A DNA stretch of 64,000 nucleotides from Camelus ferus. Taxonomy: Eukaryota. The position numbers and the translations under genes are program-made. How positions within the stretch are numbered: position 1 is the first letter of the stretch; every line of letters starts with the position of its first letter. Under the pieces are notes generated by a model. It made no database searches. It was not told the origin of the DNA and worked only from the letters and a program-made list of their open reading frames with translations. Shown piece after piece: positions 1 to 13,450 of the stretch. The stretch spans positions 71,798,001 through 71,862,000 of the forward strand of contig NC_045696.1 in NCBI RefSeq assembly GCF_009834535.1, in the 5' to 3' direction.

Positions 1-1944
1 GAACTGAGTTTAAGGAGAGGCACCTATTAAGTGATTCATAAAAGCAGGTCAGAACCTGCTGGGAAGGGAGCTTGACAGACTCTTTCAGGTCATGCTGTAA
101 AGGGAAGTCTTCTCAGGACTTACTGGATGGGTGGCATCCTCTTTCTGCCTTCACAAGCACAGTAAGGCCAAATCCATTATTTCACCAGAACGCAACAGGG
201 CAGCAAACCAAGGATTGAATGGTTGATACATCTTAGCATTATGTGTGTTCTTGCTGGGTTGGCTTAAGAAAAACTGAACTCTTTTATCTGTGACACAAAA
301 TTTGCAAAACATTTGCTTTGCTAAGTGCTTGACTTTTTTTTTTATTCAAAATATATTGACTGTCCACCACTACATACCAAGAAAACAAACAAAGAAAATG
401 AAAACTCAAAAAAATACATAGTTTAGGTAGGGGGGTTGAGGCAAACTAATTATTCCATGTGTCAGGGATCACTGTTTAATTCTGTCTTTAAGGTTCTTGA
501 TAATTAAAAAGAGTTCAAAATTTATTCTCAAGAGTAATCAAAAGATCTGGTTTGAAACTATAGAAGCCTGAAAGCATCCTGGAATTTTTCCTGAAAATGC
601 CTCTGTAAAGGTTGACCTTTTTCTTTGACAAATATTTCGGCCAAGTTCACCTTCCATAGTTCTTGGAAGAGACAATGCAGGGTGTGAAAGTCTGGGTTGA
701 GGGTAGCCTCTGTGAAATCTGCTGGAAAAGGGTTGGTGGTCCAAGCCCACAGGTCACGTATCTGAGGAGTGAAACTAGCTAGTCAGGTCCTGCTGTAAAC
801 GTGCAGTGAGCGTTCCCAGGAAAGGCAGATGAGTGGGTGTCTGTCATCTCTACACAGGCAAGGAACTCCACAGGGGTAAAGGAAGGGAAAGACTCAGTCT
901 CCAAGATGGTGTAAGGACATTTTCTTGTGCATATTGACCAGCTGTTCTTGGAATTAAAACATGATTATGCAAGTCAAATCATTATGCTGTACACCTTAAA
1001 CTTACACAGTGCTGTATATCAGTTATATCTCAGTAAAACAACTGGAAGGAAAAAAGAATATTAAGTGAATTTGGGTTAAAAATATAAGTTATTCTATCTT
1101 TACTTTACTAAGTAATATTAATATTCACTTAAACACAATACAGAGGATTCCTTTTTTTGTGATTAGTAATTATTGGCCAAATTTGATTTCTTTGTTTTTT
1201 AGCTTGTAAATTAGAAGCAAAAATTCCAAAATCATTGAGCTAGGTTTAGATTTTTCCTTTTTCCCATCCAAAAATGCTTTCAAGAGAGAAAGGGTTTATA
1301 TTACAAAAAAAGGACTACTGTTTAAACATTTATTAATAACTTAGTAGTTTTGTGATTATCTATGCATTATTTTATTTTACTTTTATTAGTGTTTTACCTA
1401 TTTTTTAACCAAAGTTTCTATAACTAATTGAATAGGTTTTTTTTTTCCCATTTGGAGAGTATCTTTTCCAAGTGAAAAAACAGTATGAGATTTAGCCTCA
1501 GAACAGTGAACTTTTAAATCTATTTAAATATCTATAGAAGTTACAGTGTATGATTTAAAGCTTTCTCCCAGCCTGGAAAGTTTTTGTCTAAACAGCATGA
1601 CATTGAGAGATTTGGTTTAATTTCTTGATTTCCTTTCTCTGATGGATCTTTGAGAGCCCTTATTTTATTTTATTTATTTTTTATTGAAGTACAGTACATT
1701 TGCAATATCATTAGTCATTAGGGAAATGCAAATCAAAATGGCAGTGATATACCCACTAGGAATCCTATACAGTCTGACCTCTGTATCCATGACTCTTCAT
1801 CCAAGGATTCAACCAACTGTGGATTGAAAATACTTAAAATTCATCCTGTTAATGAGGTCTTCAGTGACTTTGTATTATTTAAAATTTGTCTCTCCAGTTA
1901 ACCTAGGGTCTGTGTGACTGCCTCCTGTTACTCTGTGTCCCATA

Positions 1945-2375
1945 ATACAGCCCTAAAAAAGAATGAAATAATGCAATTTGCAGCTACATGGATGGACCTA
2001 GAGATTATGACACTAAGTGAAGTAAGTCAGACAGAGAGAGACAAACATATGATATCACTTGTATGTGGAATCTAAAAACATGATACAACTGAACTTATTT
2101 ACAAAACAGAAATAGACTCACAGACAGAAAACAAACTATGGTTGCCAGAGGGGAAGGGTAGGGAGAAGGGATAAATTAGGAGTTTGGGATTAGCAGATAC
2201 AAACTACTGTACATAAAATAGGTAAACAGCAAGGTCCTAATGTATAGCACAGGGAACTATATTCAGTATCTTGTAGTAACATAATGAAAAAGAATATATA
2301 TATATATGAATCACTATACAGTACACTAGAAACTAACAGAAAATTGTAAATCAACTATACTTCAATAAAAAAAAG
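1945..2375 (+). mobile_element. LINE-1 3' fragment (ORF2 C-terminus/3'UTR, A-rich end)
   Basis: Typical L1 3' text (tttgcagctacatggatggacctagagattat...gtaaatcaactatacttcaataaaaaaa). Confidence 0.85.
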
Positions 2376-3159
2376 TAGAAAGTATAGGAAAATGGCATTA
2401 TTTTAAAGAGATGCATCCTGAGGCATTTAGGGGACAAATAGCATAATATCTAAAACTTAATTTCAGTTGTTTGTTGAGGGGATAGTTATAGAGAAAGTTA
2501 AAGCAAAATGGTTAAATATTAGTAATAGATAAATCTAAATAGAAGGGGATGAGTGTTCATTGTATTATTCTTTCAACTTTTGTGGATGTTTGCAGATTCT
2601 CATAACCTGTAGAGATGGGGGAAAATGTTACCAACATATGCCACATACAAGAAAAGGGAAATTGCTCCCTCGAAGTATTTTACTAAGTGGGACAGTAAAT
2701 AGAGCAGTTACCTATAACTAACTCAGCATAAATCACACTTTTGCATTTATCATCCCACCCAGCAATCTGCTCAAAATAGGGACAGCATAGTGCCAGGTAC
2801 TTTGGGGCACAGAATAGCAGAAGGCAGTCACACAGACCCTACATTAACTAGAGAGACAAACTGTAAATAATAAAAAGTCACTGAAGACCTCATTAATAGG
2901 GTGAATTTTAGCTAGATTTTGAGGAATGGACAGGATATGAATATTCTGAAAAGTGAGAGACAAAGAGGTCATAAGTAAAGATCAAGAAGCAGAAATAAAC
3001 CAGGTCTGTTTGAAATATGGATCCAAGTAGAGCCATAAGGAGAATTTCTGTAGGAAATTTATTCATTCCTCAATTTTTATAACACCTAGGTTTTATGAAT
3101 ACAAAAATATGACCCTGCAACATCTGCCTTCAAAGAGCTGACAAAGTACAACTGGCTTT

Positions 3160-3499
3160 AAACAACTGGCTCTGTATCTGTCAGTTCCTCATTCAAAGAT
3201 TCAACCAACCTTGGATCAAAAATATTGAGGAAAAAAAAATCTAGAAAGCTCCAAAAAGCAAAACTTGAATTGCCACATGCTGGCAACTATTTACATAACA
3301 TTTGCATAGTATTTCCAACTATTTTTATAGTATTTGCATTGTTTTAGGCATTGTATGTAATCTAAAGAGTACAGAAAGATGTGCATAAGTTACATGCAAA
3401 TATTACACCATTTTATATAAGAGTCTTGAGTACCTACGGATTTTGGTATCTACAGGTGTCCTAGAACCAATCTCCCTCAGATACCAAGGGATGACTGTA
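3160..3499. mobile_element. MER2/Tigger-like non-autonomous DNA transposon
   Basis: Recognisable MER2-type sequence (gattcaaccaaccttggatcaaaaatatt...ggattttggtatct...ataccaagggatgactgta); a similar left-end fragment lies at ~1768-1835. Confidence 0.7.
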
Positions 3500-4145
3500 G
3501 TAAAAAAGGTAGATAATAACAAGTTGTTGGTGAGGATGTGAACAAATTGGAACCCTCATACATTGCTGGTGGGAATATAAACTTTGGCAGGTCCTCAAAA
3601 TTTAAACATAAAGTTACCATATGACTCAGCAATTCTACTCCTAGATAGATACATAAGAGAATTGAAACATGTTTCACACAAAAGCTTAAACAAGTAAAAC
3701 ATGTTCATAGCAACATTGCTCATAATACTTAAGAAGTGGAAATGACCAACATGTCTGTCAACTGATGAATGAATGGACAAACTGTGGTATATATATCCAT
3801 ACAATGGAGTATCATTCAGCTGTTGAAAGGAATAAAGTGCTGATGCATGCTATGCATGTATGAACCTTGAAAACATGCAAAGTGAAAGAAAGCAGACACA
3901 ATAAAGCTGCATACTGTATGATTCCATTTATATGAAATATCCAAACATGGGCAAATCCATAGAGAAAGCAGGTGGATTAATGGCTGCCAGGAGCTGGGAA
4001 GAGAGAGAAATGGAGAGTGATTGCTAATAGGAATGGAGTTTCTTTTGGGGGGGGTGATGAAAAATGTTCTGGAAAAAAACCTGGAATTATACACTTTAAA
4101 AGATTGAATTTTATGGTATAGGAATTATATGTCAATTTTTTTAAA
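3500..4145 (+). mobile_element. Old L1M 3' fragment
   Basis: Degenerate L1 ORF2 end/3'UTR (ggaaccctcatacattgctggtgggaat, cagcaattctactcctag, atgattccatttatatgaaat). Confidence 0.8.
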
Positions 4146-4826
4146 AAGAAAGATTTGGGGGCTCTAAGACAATGATAAAATAACCACAAACCCTACACAG
4201 ATATGTCCTTTCTTGCACTGTTTTTGATGGCCTTGCAAACATTCTCCGCAAAACAGCTCTTCCTACTGTCCTTTTCCATGCTGGCTTTGGAGGCAGGTCA
4301 CAGAAGCAGGTAATTTCCCTCTTGGATCTCAAAGAGGGTGATTCTCACCTGTTAGTCTTATTTAGACCAGAAAATGGGACCTTGACCTTTAGCTCTCAGA
4401 TGCTTTAGTCAACTAAGAACACTGTACCATGTATTCATTTAAATAAGATAAGACTCCCATTTGTTGTTATTGTTGTTAAAATAAGAAATCTGAAAGAGCA
4501 GTAGGCCTTTTTCTCATTGTTCAGGAGGAGAGGAAAGTGCCAGTGGCCCTTCAGTTATGTGACAGAGCAATCTTTACAAACACAAATACTGTTTAGTACT
4601 CAGTATTTGTTCCATTCAGTATTCATTCAGTTTTGTCTTCAGAGGTGACAATTCCATCAGTAATACCAGGGTAACAAATAATCAATCAGATAATCAATCA
4701 GATAATCAATCAATTATAAGTTATGTTCATAGGCCCTAGCAATAATTTTAGTCTTAAGAGTTTTTAAGGACCCCTTTGTTCAAATCTACTTGCAGAGAAC
4801 GTAAGTTAGAAGTGGGTAGGCACAGT

Positions 4827-4957
4827 GGGGAGGGTATAGCCCAAGCGGTAGAGTGCATGCTTAGCATATACAAGGTCCTGAGTCCACTCCTCAGTACCCC
4901 TTCTAAAAATAAATAAGTAGGTAAACCTAATTACCATTGCCACTCCCCCCCAAAAAA
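4827..4957 (+). mobile_element. tRNA-derived SINE (camelid vic-1-like)
   Basis: tRNA-like head ggggagggtatagcccaagcggtagagtgcatgcttagcat, AT-rich tail, imperfect TSD agaagtgggtaggcacag (4808-4825) / agaggtgggtgggcacag (4958-4975). Confidence 0.85.
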
Positions 4958-6217
4958 AGAGGTGGGTGGGCACAGAGGTCTTGATTTTGCATAGGAAGAC
5001 AAAATTGGTATTATAAATACAAATAGGTATTTCAATAGGTACAAAATACCATAGGATATTTCGAAGTTAATACCTTAACATTCAGTATTTCGATCTAGTT
5101 TTATGTCACAGGAAGATCTCTCTCAGCAGCGACTGAGGAAGGGGGATGCCTCATCTCTTTCAAGGACTTTTTCCCTAAATTATGAAGATTTGCATTTTAA
5201 AGGCCAGATTCTGGAATTCATTTGTCAGCAGTATAAACAACACAGGGGAGTAGAGGTTTTTAGTGGCAAAAATTGGGTAAATAATAAAAGTGGAATAATG
5301 AGTGTAAAATATTAATCATCATACATTGTCTAGGCTCTGATTGGTCCTTTTACTTCCCACCTTACTTCCACTCCCAGCCCATGACACAGCTGAGCATGAA
5401 GGCCTGGCATATAGTAATAGTTCTTTATAGTAAATACATTCTAAATGAAGGAATATCTATGTTCATGCTTGCCCCTGTCATAGGGAAAAATACCCCCAAG
5501 AAAATTTAAATTCTTTTGACCCTGAAGTGGTCCCCCATGCCTTGCTAAGTGGTCTTCTTCTGACCAACTGCTTGTTTTCATAATGATGAGTACACACTGG
5601 GACAGCCATACCAGTTGTTTAAAGGATTAAAGATTTACATCCCTTGAGTACCTCACTCCACTTCCCTGGCCCATTTTCTAGGACCCACGAGACCTCCTCG
5701 TGAGTCTGGCAATTAGAGGGTTAACACCTGGACCACACTTGGCCTCAGGACTGTTTCAGCATTGTGTCTGACTTCTGTGCTGATTGATCAGTGCTTGCTC
5801 CATACAGATATTAAATATTTTGAATTGTCACCACTGTGAACAAGGACAAACTCCATTTTGGGGTTTGGCAACGTACCTTTATGCTTTCCAAGTACTATAG
5901 TTCCTCTATCTTTCCCTCCATGTTTACGGCAGATTTTGGTAACCCTACAGAAGCTGACTATGTGGCTTGGTCCCAAAGCAGAAACCAGGTCACGATTTTT
6001 CCTTGTATTTTTTAATTATGTAAAGGAAACACACAGTGTATAATATCACCTGCTACGATTCACCTTCTCTCTCACACACACTTTCCTCACACTCTGCAGC
6101 TTTTTGGCTGTATTTCTCTTCCAACTTTCCCCCTCTGATGTCTCCTTCTTCCCCTAGCAACATGCCCCTTCCTCTTTGATCCCTCCACTTTTCCTCCCAG
6201 TTCTATATCACACACTT

Positions 6218-6243
6218 TGTGTGTGTGTGTGTGTGTGTGTGTA
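6218..6243. repeat. (TG)n microsatellite
   Basis: Perfect TG dinucleotide run. Confidence 0.95.
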
Positions 6244-7765
6244 TAAATAAGATAATGGCTAATGCCACAATGCTGCTGGAATGCTGGAAGCTCAAAGGCA
6301 CTTAAGAAACTGGGTAGGAAAGCCAAGACCCTTCTTCATGTGTAGGAGGAGCAGGGAAAAGCTAAGAGCAATTACTAACAAGTGCTTTTTTCTCCCCCAT
6401 CATATCTTGTCTTTATCCATCTGCAACCTGATTTCTTATAGACTGTTTTTAATTTATCCAACCTACAAATATTTAATGAGCACTGATGAGATAAGAAATG
6501 AGGGCCGATACTTGAGAGTGGAAAAAAAATGATATGTCCAGTTCCCAGGCAAGAATACCAGCCAAGTGGCTGACTTGGGATGTTACCTGAAGAGGACAGA
6601 GCCACAGGGAGTGTCCCAACAATTCTGAGAGACTAGATCAAGGAAGTCAAATCTATCAATAGCCAGATTCTGGGATGAGTTTAAACTGGGTATGGATTAA
6701 TAGAAGCCTTCAAAGGGGTAAATACAGGAGTGGGATGGGAGACAAGGAGCAAAGGCATGGGGTTGAGAGGGCGGGGCTTCTGTGTGACCAGAGTGGAGAA
6801 TATAAAACTCCTCCCACAGGGAATGTGCTCCGAACCAACCGTGTGAAGGCTGGAGGTGGCTGAGCCTGGTGGAAGAGATTCAGTGATCCTGTGCATCAGG
6901 GTGATTGTTCTGTGACTATGGAGCTATTCTTACCTTCAGGGCACACCAAACCAGAATCCTGTGTGAACCAGGAACCAAACCCAGAATTCCTAGCAACAAA
7001 ATTCTAGGCCAGCCTCCACCCCTTTTGGCTTACCTTATGGCCAATGCTGAAGGCATTGAGAAACCACCTTCACTGCGTGAGTAGAGGCCTAGAGCCACTA
7101 GATTTGGAAGGACATAGCCTGACATCTTCCCCAGTTGCAGCACCCTAGGTCCCCATGTCAAAAGAGAAGAATACAATTGCCTTGGAAATATGAATCTTTC
7201 CATGTCAAACTGAAATTTCTGCCCATCTCTGCCAAACTTTGATAATTGAACAAGGCTGTACTTTGGGGCCAGGTAGGAGAACTGGCAGATATTTATTGAT
7301 GAGACCAGATGAAGTTTTTTTTCATGGTCAATAAGTAGTTATTACATTATTACTGCATGGTTGTTTCCAGCACTTAACACTAGGTATCTGTCATTTTCTT
7401 GCTTCTGGTTACTATCTTGGACTAGAACCAATTTTATTAACTAATTGCTTTTAATTTCCAGTAAGAGCTTGAGATATACACAAAAACTTAACAGTTGTTG
7501 CTTTTGGAAAGGGAAAGTAGATGGGCTGTGGACACAAGACTTACTTTTTCCAATATATGCCCTTTTATATATTTTGAATTTTGTATCACGTGTATGCTAC
7601 TTAGTAGGAATAAGTTAATCAATTTAAAAGATGCAGCTTGACTTCTTTATCATTTAATTTCCTAAATGAAAAATTTGCTGATCTACCATTCTCCTCACTT
7701 CAAATCTGCCAAGAATTTGTTTTCGTTAATTCCCTCTGAGAGAGACTGTATTTTCCTTTCTCTAG

Positions 7766-7890
7766 GATAAGCTGAAATTACTTGGAAAGCAAGGGGCCAC
7801 ATTGCTGTCATGCATTCAAGAACCAGCAACCAAAAGTCCCTCGAGCAAACTCAATCTCAATGAACTTGAGAATGTAGCTACCATGGAAAG
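7766..7890 (+). CDS. MCF2L2: MCF2L2 internal coding exon (125 nt, phase 0/2)
   Basis: ttttcctttctctag|GAT...GAAAG|gtgagt; encodes DKLKLLGKQGATLLSCIQEPATKSPSSKLNLNELENVATME(R), recognisable as MCF2L2. Confidence 0.93.
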
Positions 7891-8230
7891 GTGAGTGAGA
7901 GAGGTGGAATCTGCTTCTCTGGGAGGGAAACCATATAAAACAAGATGATATGAGACAACCAAGAACATATTGGAGCAGCTACTGATGGGTCTTGGTGGGG
8001 TCAAAAAAGAATATTTGAGACAACAGAAGAAAAACCATGGTATCTATCTGGCATCCATGTACAGAGATCTTTCTATGAGAATACTGTTCCCTCTTCCTAT
8101 GATATGCTTTCATCCCAGGATGTCAAGGAAGATGGTAGGATTTATTGAGCTTTATTTCCCAGTAACAGTTTGGGTGGGTGCTGTGCTTTGCACACCTGTC
8201 TTCTCAGGTGGAAAGAAATAGGCACAAAGG

Positions 8231-8950
8231 CAGTTTGGTGCAGCCACTATGGAAAATGGTGTGGAGATTCCTAAAAACACTAGGAATAGACTGACCATAT
8301 GACCCAGGATTCCCACTCCTGGGCTTGTATCCAGAAGGAACCCTACTTCAGGATGACACCTGCACCCCAATTTTCATGGCAGCACTATTTACAATAGCCA
8401 AAACATGGAAACAGCCTAAAATTCCGTCAACAGGTGACTGGATAAAGAAGAAGTGGTATATTTATACAATGGAATACTACTCAGCCATAAAAACCGACAA
8501 CATAATGCCATTTGCAGCAACATGGATGCTCCTGGAGAATGTCATTCTAAGTGAAGTAAGCCAGAAAGAGAAAGAAAAATACCATATGAGATCGCTCATA
8601 TGTGGAATCTAAACAAACAAAAACAAAAACAAACAAACAAACAAAAACAAGCATAAATACAGGACAGGAATAGACTCATAGACAGAGAATACAGACTTGT
8701 GGTTGTCAGGGGGGCAGAGGGTGGGAAGGGATAGACTGGGATTTCAAAATTGTAGAATAGATAAACAAGATTATACTGTATAGCACAGGGAAATATACAC
8801 AAAATGTTATGGTAGCTCACAGAGAAAAAAATGTGACAATGAGTGTGTATATGTCCATGTATGACTGAAAAATTGTGCTGAACACTGGAATTTGACACAA
8901 CATTGTAAAATGATTATAAATCAATAAAAAATGTTAAAAAAAAAAAAAAA
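8231..8950 (+). mobile_element. Young 5'-truncated LINE-1 with poly(A) tail and perfect TSD
   Basis: ORF2 C-terminal peptide (ORF 8325-8612), 3'UTR, A-tail; TSD gaaataggcacaaagg at 8215-8230 and 8951-8966. Confidence 0.95.
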
Positions 8951-9218
8951 GAAATAGGCACAAAGGTAAGGTTACCTGGGGCACATTTTGAAGCACAGCA
9001 GCTGCATCTGAAGTGAAGTTCCTGCCTAGCACTGAGGATGTCCTGACTGAAAAATGGAAAATGTGGGAACCAGCTGAACCACGACAAAGTCCTAGGTGGC
9101 ACAGACTTCCGTGATGAGATTACCGCAGTTAGTAACACTGCCTGAAAACATGGGTGTTATCTACATGAGCCTGAGGAAATGAATGCTAACTGCTTGTCCT
9201 TTCTCATTCTCTCTTCAG

Positions 9219-9333
9219 GTTATTGGTTCAGTTGGATGAAACAGAAAAGGCTTTTTGTCAGTTTTGGTCTGAGCATCACCTGAAACTTAACCAATGCCTA
9301 CAACTACAGCACTTTGAACACAACTTTTGTGAG
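9219..9333 (+). CDS. MCF2L2: MCF2L2 internal coding exon (115 nt, phase 2/0)
   Basis: ctctcttcag|G TTA...TGT GAG|gtgtta; LLVQLDETEKAFCQFWSEHHLKLNQCLQLQHFEHNFCE; in frame with previous exon. Confidence 0.93.
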
Positions 9334-9751
9334 GTGTTATTTTCTTGTTTAATAGAACTTCCTTTTATGGTTCAGTGACTTCTGGTTCTCTCTTCCCTCT
9401 TGAACTCCCTAATCCAGCCCCCTTTTTATACCTTTGATTCCTCTTCTCACTTTTTCAGTGGGATAGCAATGTTCTAGAATCCTGTTTTCCTTTTGGCATA
9501 TTTCAGTAATGGTTTACCTTCCTTTTTGATCAATGAGCTGTTCAGTGTAGTTTTAATAGTCCATCTGTATGTGTCTGAGCACCCCAGCTTAATCTGAAAG
9601 CTAATGAGTTGTATTTTTAAAAAAAATTTATGTAGATATGCGCATGTCCTGAATCCTTTTTGGATTTTCGAGTTGTCTGGAGTATAACAAACTGAACCTC
9701 CTGATGGGTGCTCATTGGCTTATTTCTGGACTTTTCTAATGTGTCTTGTAG

Positions 9752-9871
9752 GTTAAGCTTACCCTGAAAAACTTGTTGGCAGAGCAAGCAGAGTTTACAG
9801 ACATCGGAGACAGTGTGATGCATGTGGAGCAACTTCTTAAGGAATACAAAAAACTGGAAGGAGAAGGCCAG
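9752..9871 (+). CDS. MCF2L2: MCF2L2 internal coding exon (120 nt, phase 0/0)
   Basis: gtcttgtag|GTT...GGC CAG|gtttgg; VKLTLKNLLAEQAEFTDIGDSVMHVEQLLKEYKKLEGEGQ (spectrin-like repeat). Confidence 0.9.
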
Positions 9872-10607
9872 GTTTGGCTTTTTGCTGTTTTTGTGGACTG
9901 GGAGGGAAATCACTGTGGATGGTGACAGATCATGGTTACTCATTATTGTTAGTAGGTTACCGAAAGACATGGGAATGCCCAAATCCTGCCTTTTTAGTCA
10001 CCCCACTGTCACTCCAGGTCCCCAAGGAGATGTGCACGTTCACAGCTATGAGGAGCAATGCGGACAGTGCAGAGCTCTGTTAAGACTGCTGGAGCCCCCA
10101 TCTGAGGCTGGAGGAGTAGAGGGGATAGTGAGAGTTTCAGGTGGCCCTGCCCACTCGTGGGGTGGCAGCGCTAGTGGAGGAGTGGCAGCAAATAAGGTTA
10201 CAATGGGTGCATTACCCACTGGGCCGGATATGGGGGAGGGGTTTGGTAGTAAGGCGGGGAAACTTTGAAAGGGGAAACCAGAAAAAATACCTAGCTTTAT
10301 AATAAGCAAGACTGTGAAAAAGGGGAAACTGGCCCACATTAATTTAATTTAATTTAAACAGTTTCCCAGATCTGTACACAAATCAGCGCTTAAGAGTGAG
10401 CCAATTTAAATCCTTACAAATTTGGCTTATTACAAATTAAGAAATCCCAGTCATCTCTTTCCAGAGAAGTTCCTTTCTGCTTTTCTTTAATTAGGTTCTC
10501 TATATTTTTGTCTCTTGGGAACGAAGTCCTCTGTGGTTACCCCTTCCTTTCTGAGTTAATATGGAGACGTATTTCCCCAATGGTAATTTTGTAGTGCTAG
10601 AGATTTG

Positions 10608-10760
10608 ATTCTCAAAGTGTAATCCTCTGGCCAGCAGTGCAGATGCCACTTGAGTGAGAACTTATTAGAAATATGGAGAAATCTCAGGCCCCATCTTGGA
10701 ATCAGAATCTGCATTTTAGTAAGATTCCCAGGTGTTTGACATGCACATTGTATTTAGAGG
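10608..10760. mobile_element. MER5-like hAT-Charlie relic
   Basis: ttctcaaagtgt...ctcaggcccc...gaatcagaatctgcatttt...agattcccaggtg motifs. Confidence 0.65.
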
Positions 10761-13214
10761 TGTCCTTCCCCAAAGAACAGTAACAGATGTAAACCAAGGC
10801 CACTCTGGCTTTGAGAGTTGTCAGTTATGAATTGAGAGCTGGAGGTGCTTTTGCACACACGTGAACACACAGACTCACCTGTGCACCCAGTGAGAACTCT
10901 TTGTTATCAATAATTGTTGACAGCTAAACACTTTAGTACTGAAGGCATGAGTCATCAGAAATGTTTACTAAACAATGAAAAAAAGTGAGTTGCTGTATCT
11001 GATAACTATGTCTCAAATTCTCCAAGATAGTCCCAATTTTATGTAATTTTAGGTTTTTTTCAAGTGAACTCCTTATTAAATGTAGATACTATATATTTTC
11101 ACTTACATACTTTCATATTTTAGGGGAAAATACCTCATTAAGCCCAGTGCCTTTATTTTTGGTTTGAAAATTTTGGTCATAATATATATGTATATCATGA
11201 AGGTAGCTACTGGCCTAGCAGGAAGGTGTTCTCTCATCACCGGCTGTTCCTACAGAGGTTACATTCTACTGGGGAGAGACAGACAAGTGAAAAGTAATCA
11301 AATTTACGATCATATCAGAGTGTGACAAGTGGAGTGAAGAAAATAAGAGGGTTTAACAGAGTGACTGGGGGTGCTGCTGTAATAGAGTAGTTACAAAAGG
11401 CCTCTCTGAGAAAGTGACCTTTGATCTGAGATCTGGATAGCCATGCAAAGATTTAGGGAATAGCAGTCAAGGCAGAGAAGTTGCAGGCACAAAGGTCTTG
11501 AGGTAGGAATGAGGGTGGGAGTCCAAGGAATGTGGCTGGAACCTAGTGAGCAGGGAGCAATGGCGGTGAGGACTGGATTTTATTCTCAGTGGAATGGGAA
11601 AACATTGGACGGTGCTCTGGGTTGTGTTTTAGATACTGGAGGTGGATCTGCATGACTGCATCCACATTCTCTCTTCTGCTCACCTCCTTGGACTTGTCAT
11701 CTTTCTTACATACTTTAAAAATCACTGGCCAGGGATAAGAGTGAAACCTATGGTCATGGGACATAGAAATGTTCTGTGAACCGTGACCCACCCTTCACAG
11801 GCAGCATTCCTAAACCAGCTGGGCTAACCCACTGCAGACGACTCACAGAGCCCAGGCAGATTGGTCTTACCCGTTCTGTGCCTTGCTTACCCTGTTTTTT
11901 ACTTATTTTCTCAAGGATGCAGAAGACCTACTCCTCTGCCTTTGAGGGAACCAAGCAAAGCTATCTTAGTATAACTGGGATTTTTTTAAACATATCTTCA
12001 CTCAGATTTCTAAGAGGCATTGCTTCTTCAAGTGATAAGGGCTTGACTAGTCTTTCCATTTTGTCCTGTGAAGTGTTAAAGGGAAAAAGTGATGTTTGGG
12101 TAGAATCCACCAAAACCTGCTTCAGGTTTGACCTTCACTCAGTACCCAGGGATCAGCTTCCTTTTCAGCACAGCCACACACTGATTCCTGGGTTGTTGCC
12201 AACTTCCTTACTCTGTGCAGTGGTATCATCCTCATGGTTAACCTCTGAGCCAACTCACTAACCAGACTCCTCTTGCATACTAATTGAGCCTGTTCATTTA
12301 TCCTGTTCTGATTTGAGGGTTTAGCAGTGTTTTGAGTGCTCATCTCTAATTCTGAGAAACAATGGTCTCAGTTCCCCTCTCACTTCTTTAAAAGCAGAAT
12401 TTGCCGTAGAGTTTTGTCTGTGAGGCATGCTTGGGACTTTGGTGAGGGGCCAGCAAGGAACAGATCAAGACAGGACAAGGAGAACCAACCCTTTTTCAAC
12501 CTTGACATCTCCTTGCAAGGCCAGGGGCCAGCAGTTACACTAGTGTGTCCATGAAGGCGTGGAACCCAGATCATTAACTTCCTAGGGATGTAATGTAGCT
12601 GGAGGGGCATGGCTTTTTTTTTTTAATGGAAATTTTCAAACACACACAAAAGTAGATTGGCTAATATATGGAACTCCCAGGTGTATACGGCTCCGTTTCA
12701 ACGACCATGAACTCTCTGCCTTTCCTGTTTCATCTGGCCCACTTCCTCATGCGTGCATCCCATTCCTATGCCATTATCTGTGGGTCCATCCTGGGTTCCC
12801 CATTCCAGTAGTATCACTGCCTTTTCACCATTTTCTTCCACAGTAGTCATTTCCATCTTTCATCTATTACAGCAGTAGAGTCGTTGTTGGGAGAGGGGAA
12901 TAAGCTGTTATTACAATACGGATTTCTGAATTACTTGCTCCAACTTGACTATCCAGCCTTTTGGTATTTTCAGCATCTGAAAGATGCCCTGGCAGGCTTA
13001 TAGTCAGAGCACCTGATTTCAGTCATTTCTTTTTCATTATTTCTTTTTCAGTTTGTTGCCTGATTATCTTGAGCAGAAGCTGCATAGACTGAAAAATAAA
13101 CTGCAGCTGGAAGGTTTTATAGCAAAGTTCTTTGCAGGCACCTGAAGGATCTGATAGTCAGGGCTGTGCAGCCATTATTCTAGCACATATGGGGAGGCCA
13201 AGTGGTCTGGAAGG

Positions 13215-13450
13215 TGGCAAGACACAGGCTTTGGTGTCAGGCAGAACCGAATTCAAATTTCAGCTCTAACAACTACCAGCTGTGTGATCCTAGTCAAGTT
13301 TCTTAGACATCCCCTCATCTGTAAAATGGTTGCTAATAATTCCTACCTCACAGAGTCCCTGGGAAGATGAAATCAGTTAGATGTGTAGTAAGGGCTCTGT
13401 GAGCGCCTGGAACGTAGCAGGTGGTCAGCGCTTGGAAGCTATTATTATCC
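13215..13450 (+). mobile_element. MIR SINE
   Basis: MIR core (agctgtgtgatcctagtcaagtt...cctcatctgtaaaatgg...cctacctcacag). Confidence 0.75.

Noticed and set aside
9822..10268. 148-aa ORF as a gene
   Set aside because: Overlaps an MCF2L2 exon in the wrong frame and runs into intron; no recognisable domain.
11776..12261. 161-aa ORF
   Set aside because: Non-ATG start, intronic, no recognisable homology or exon signals.
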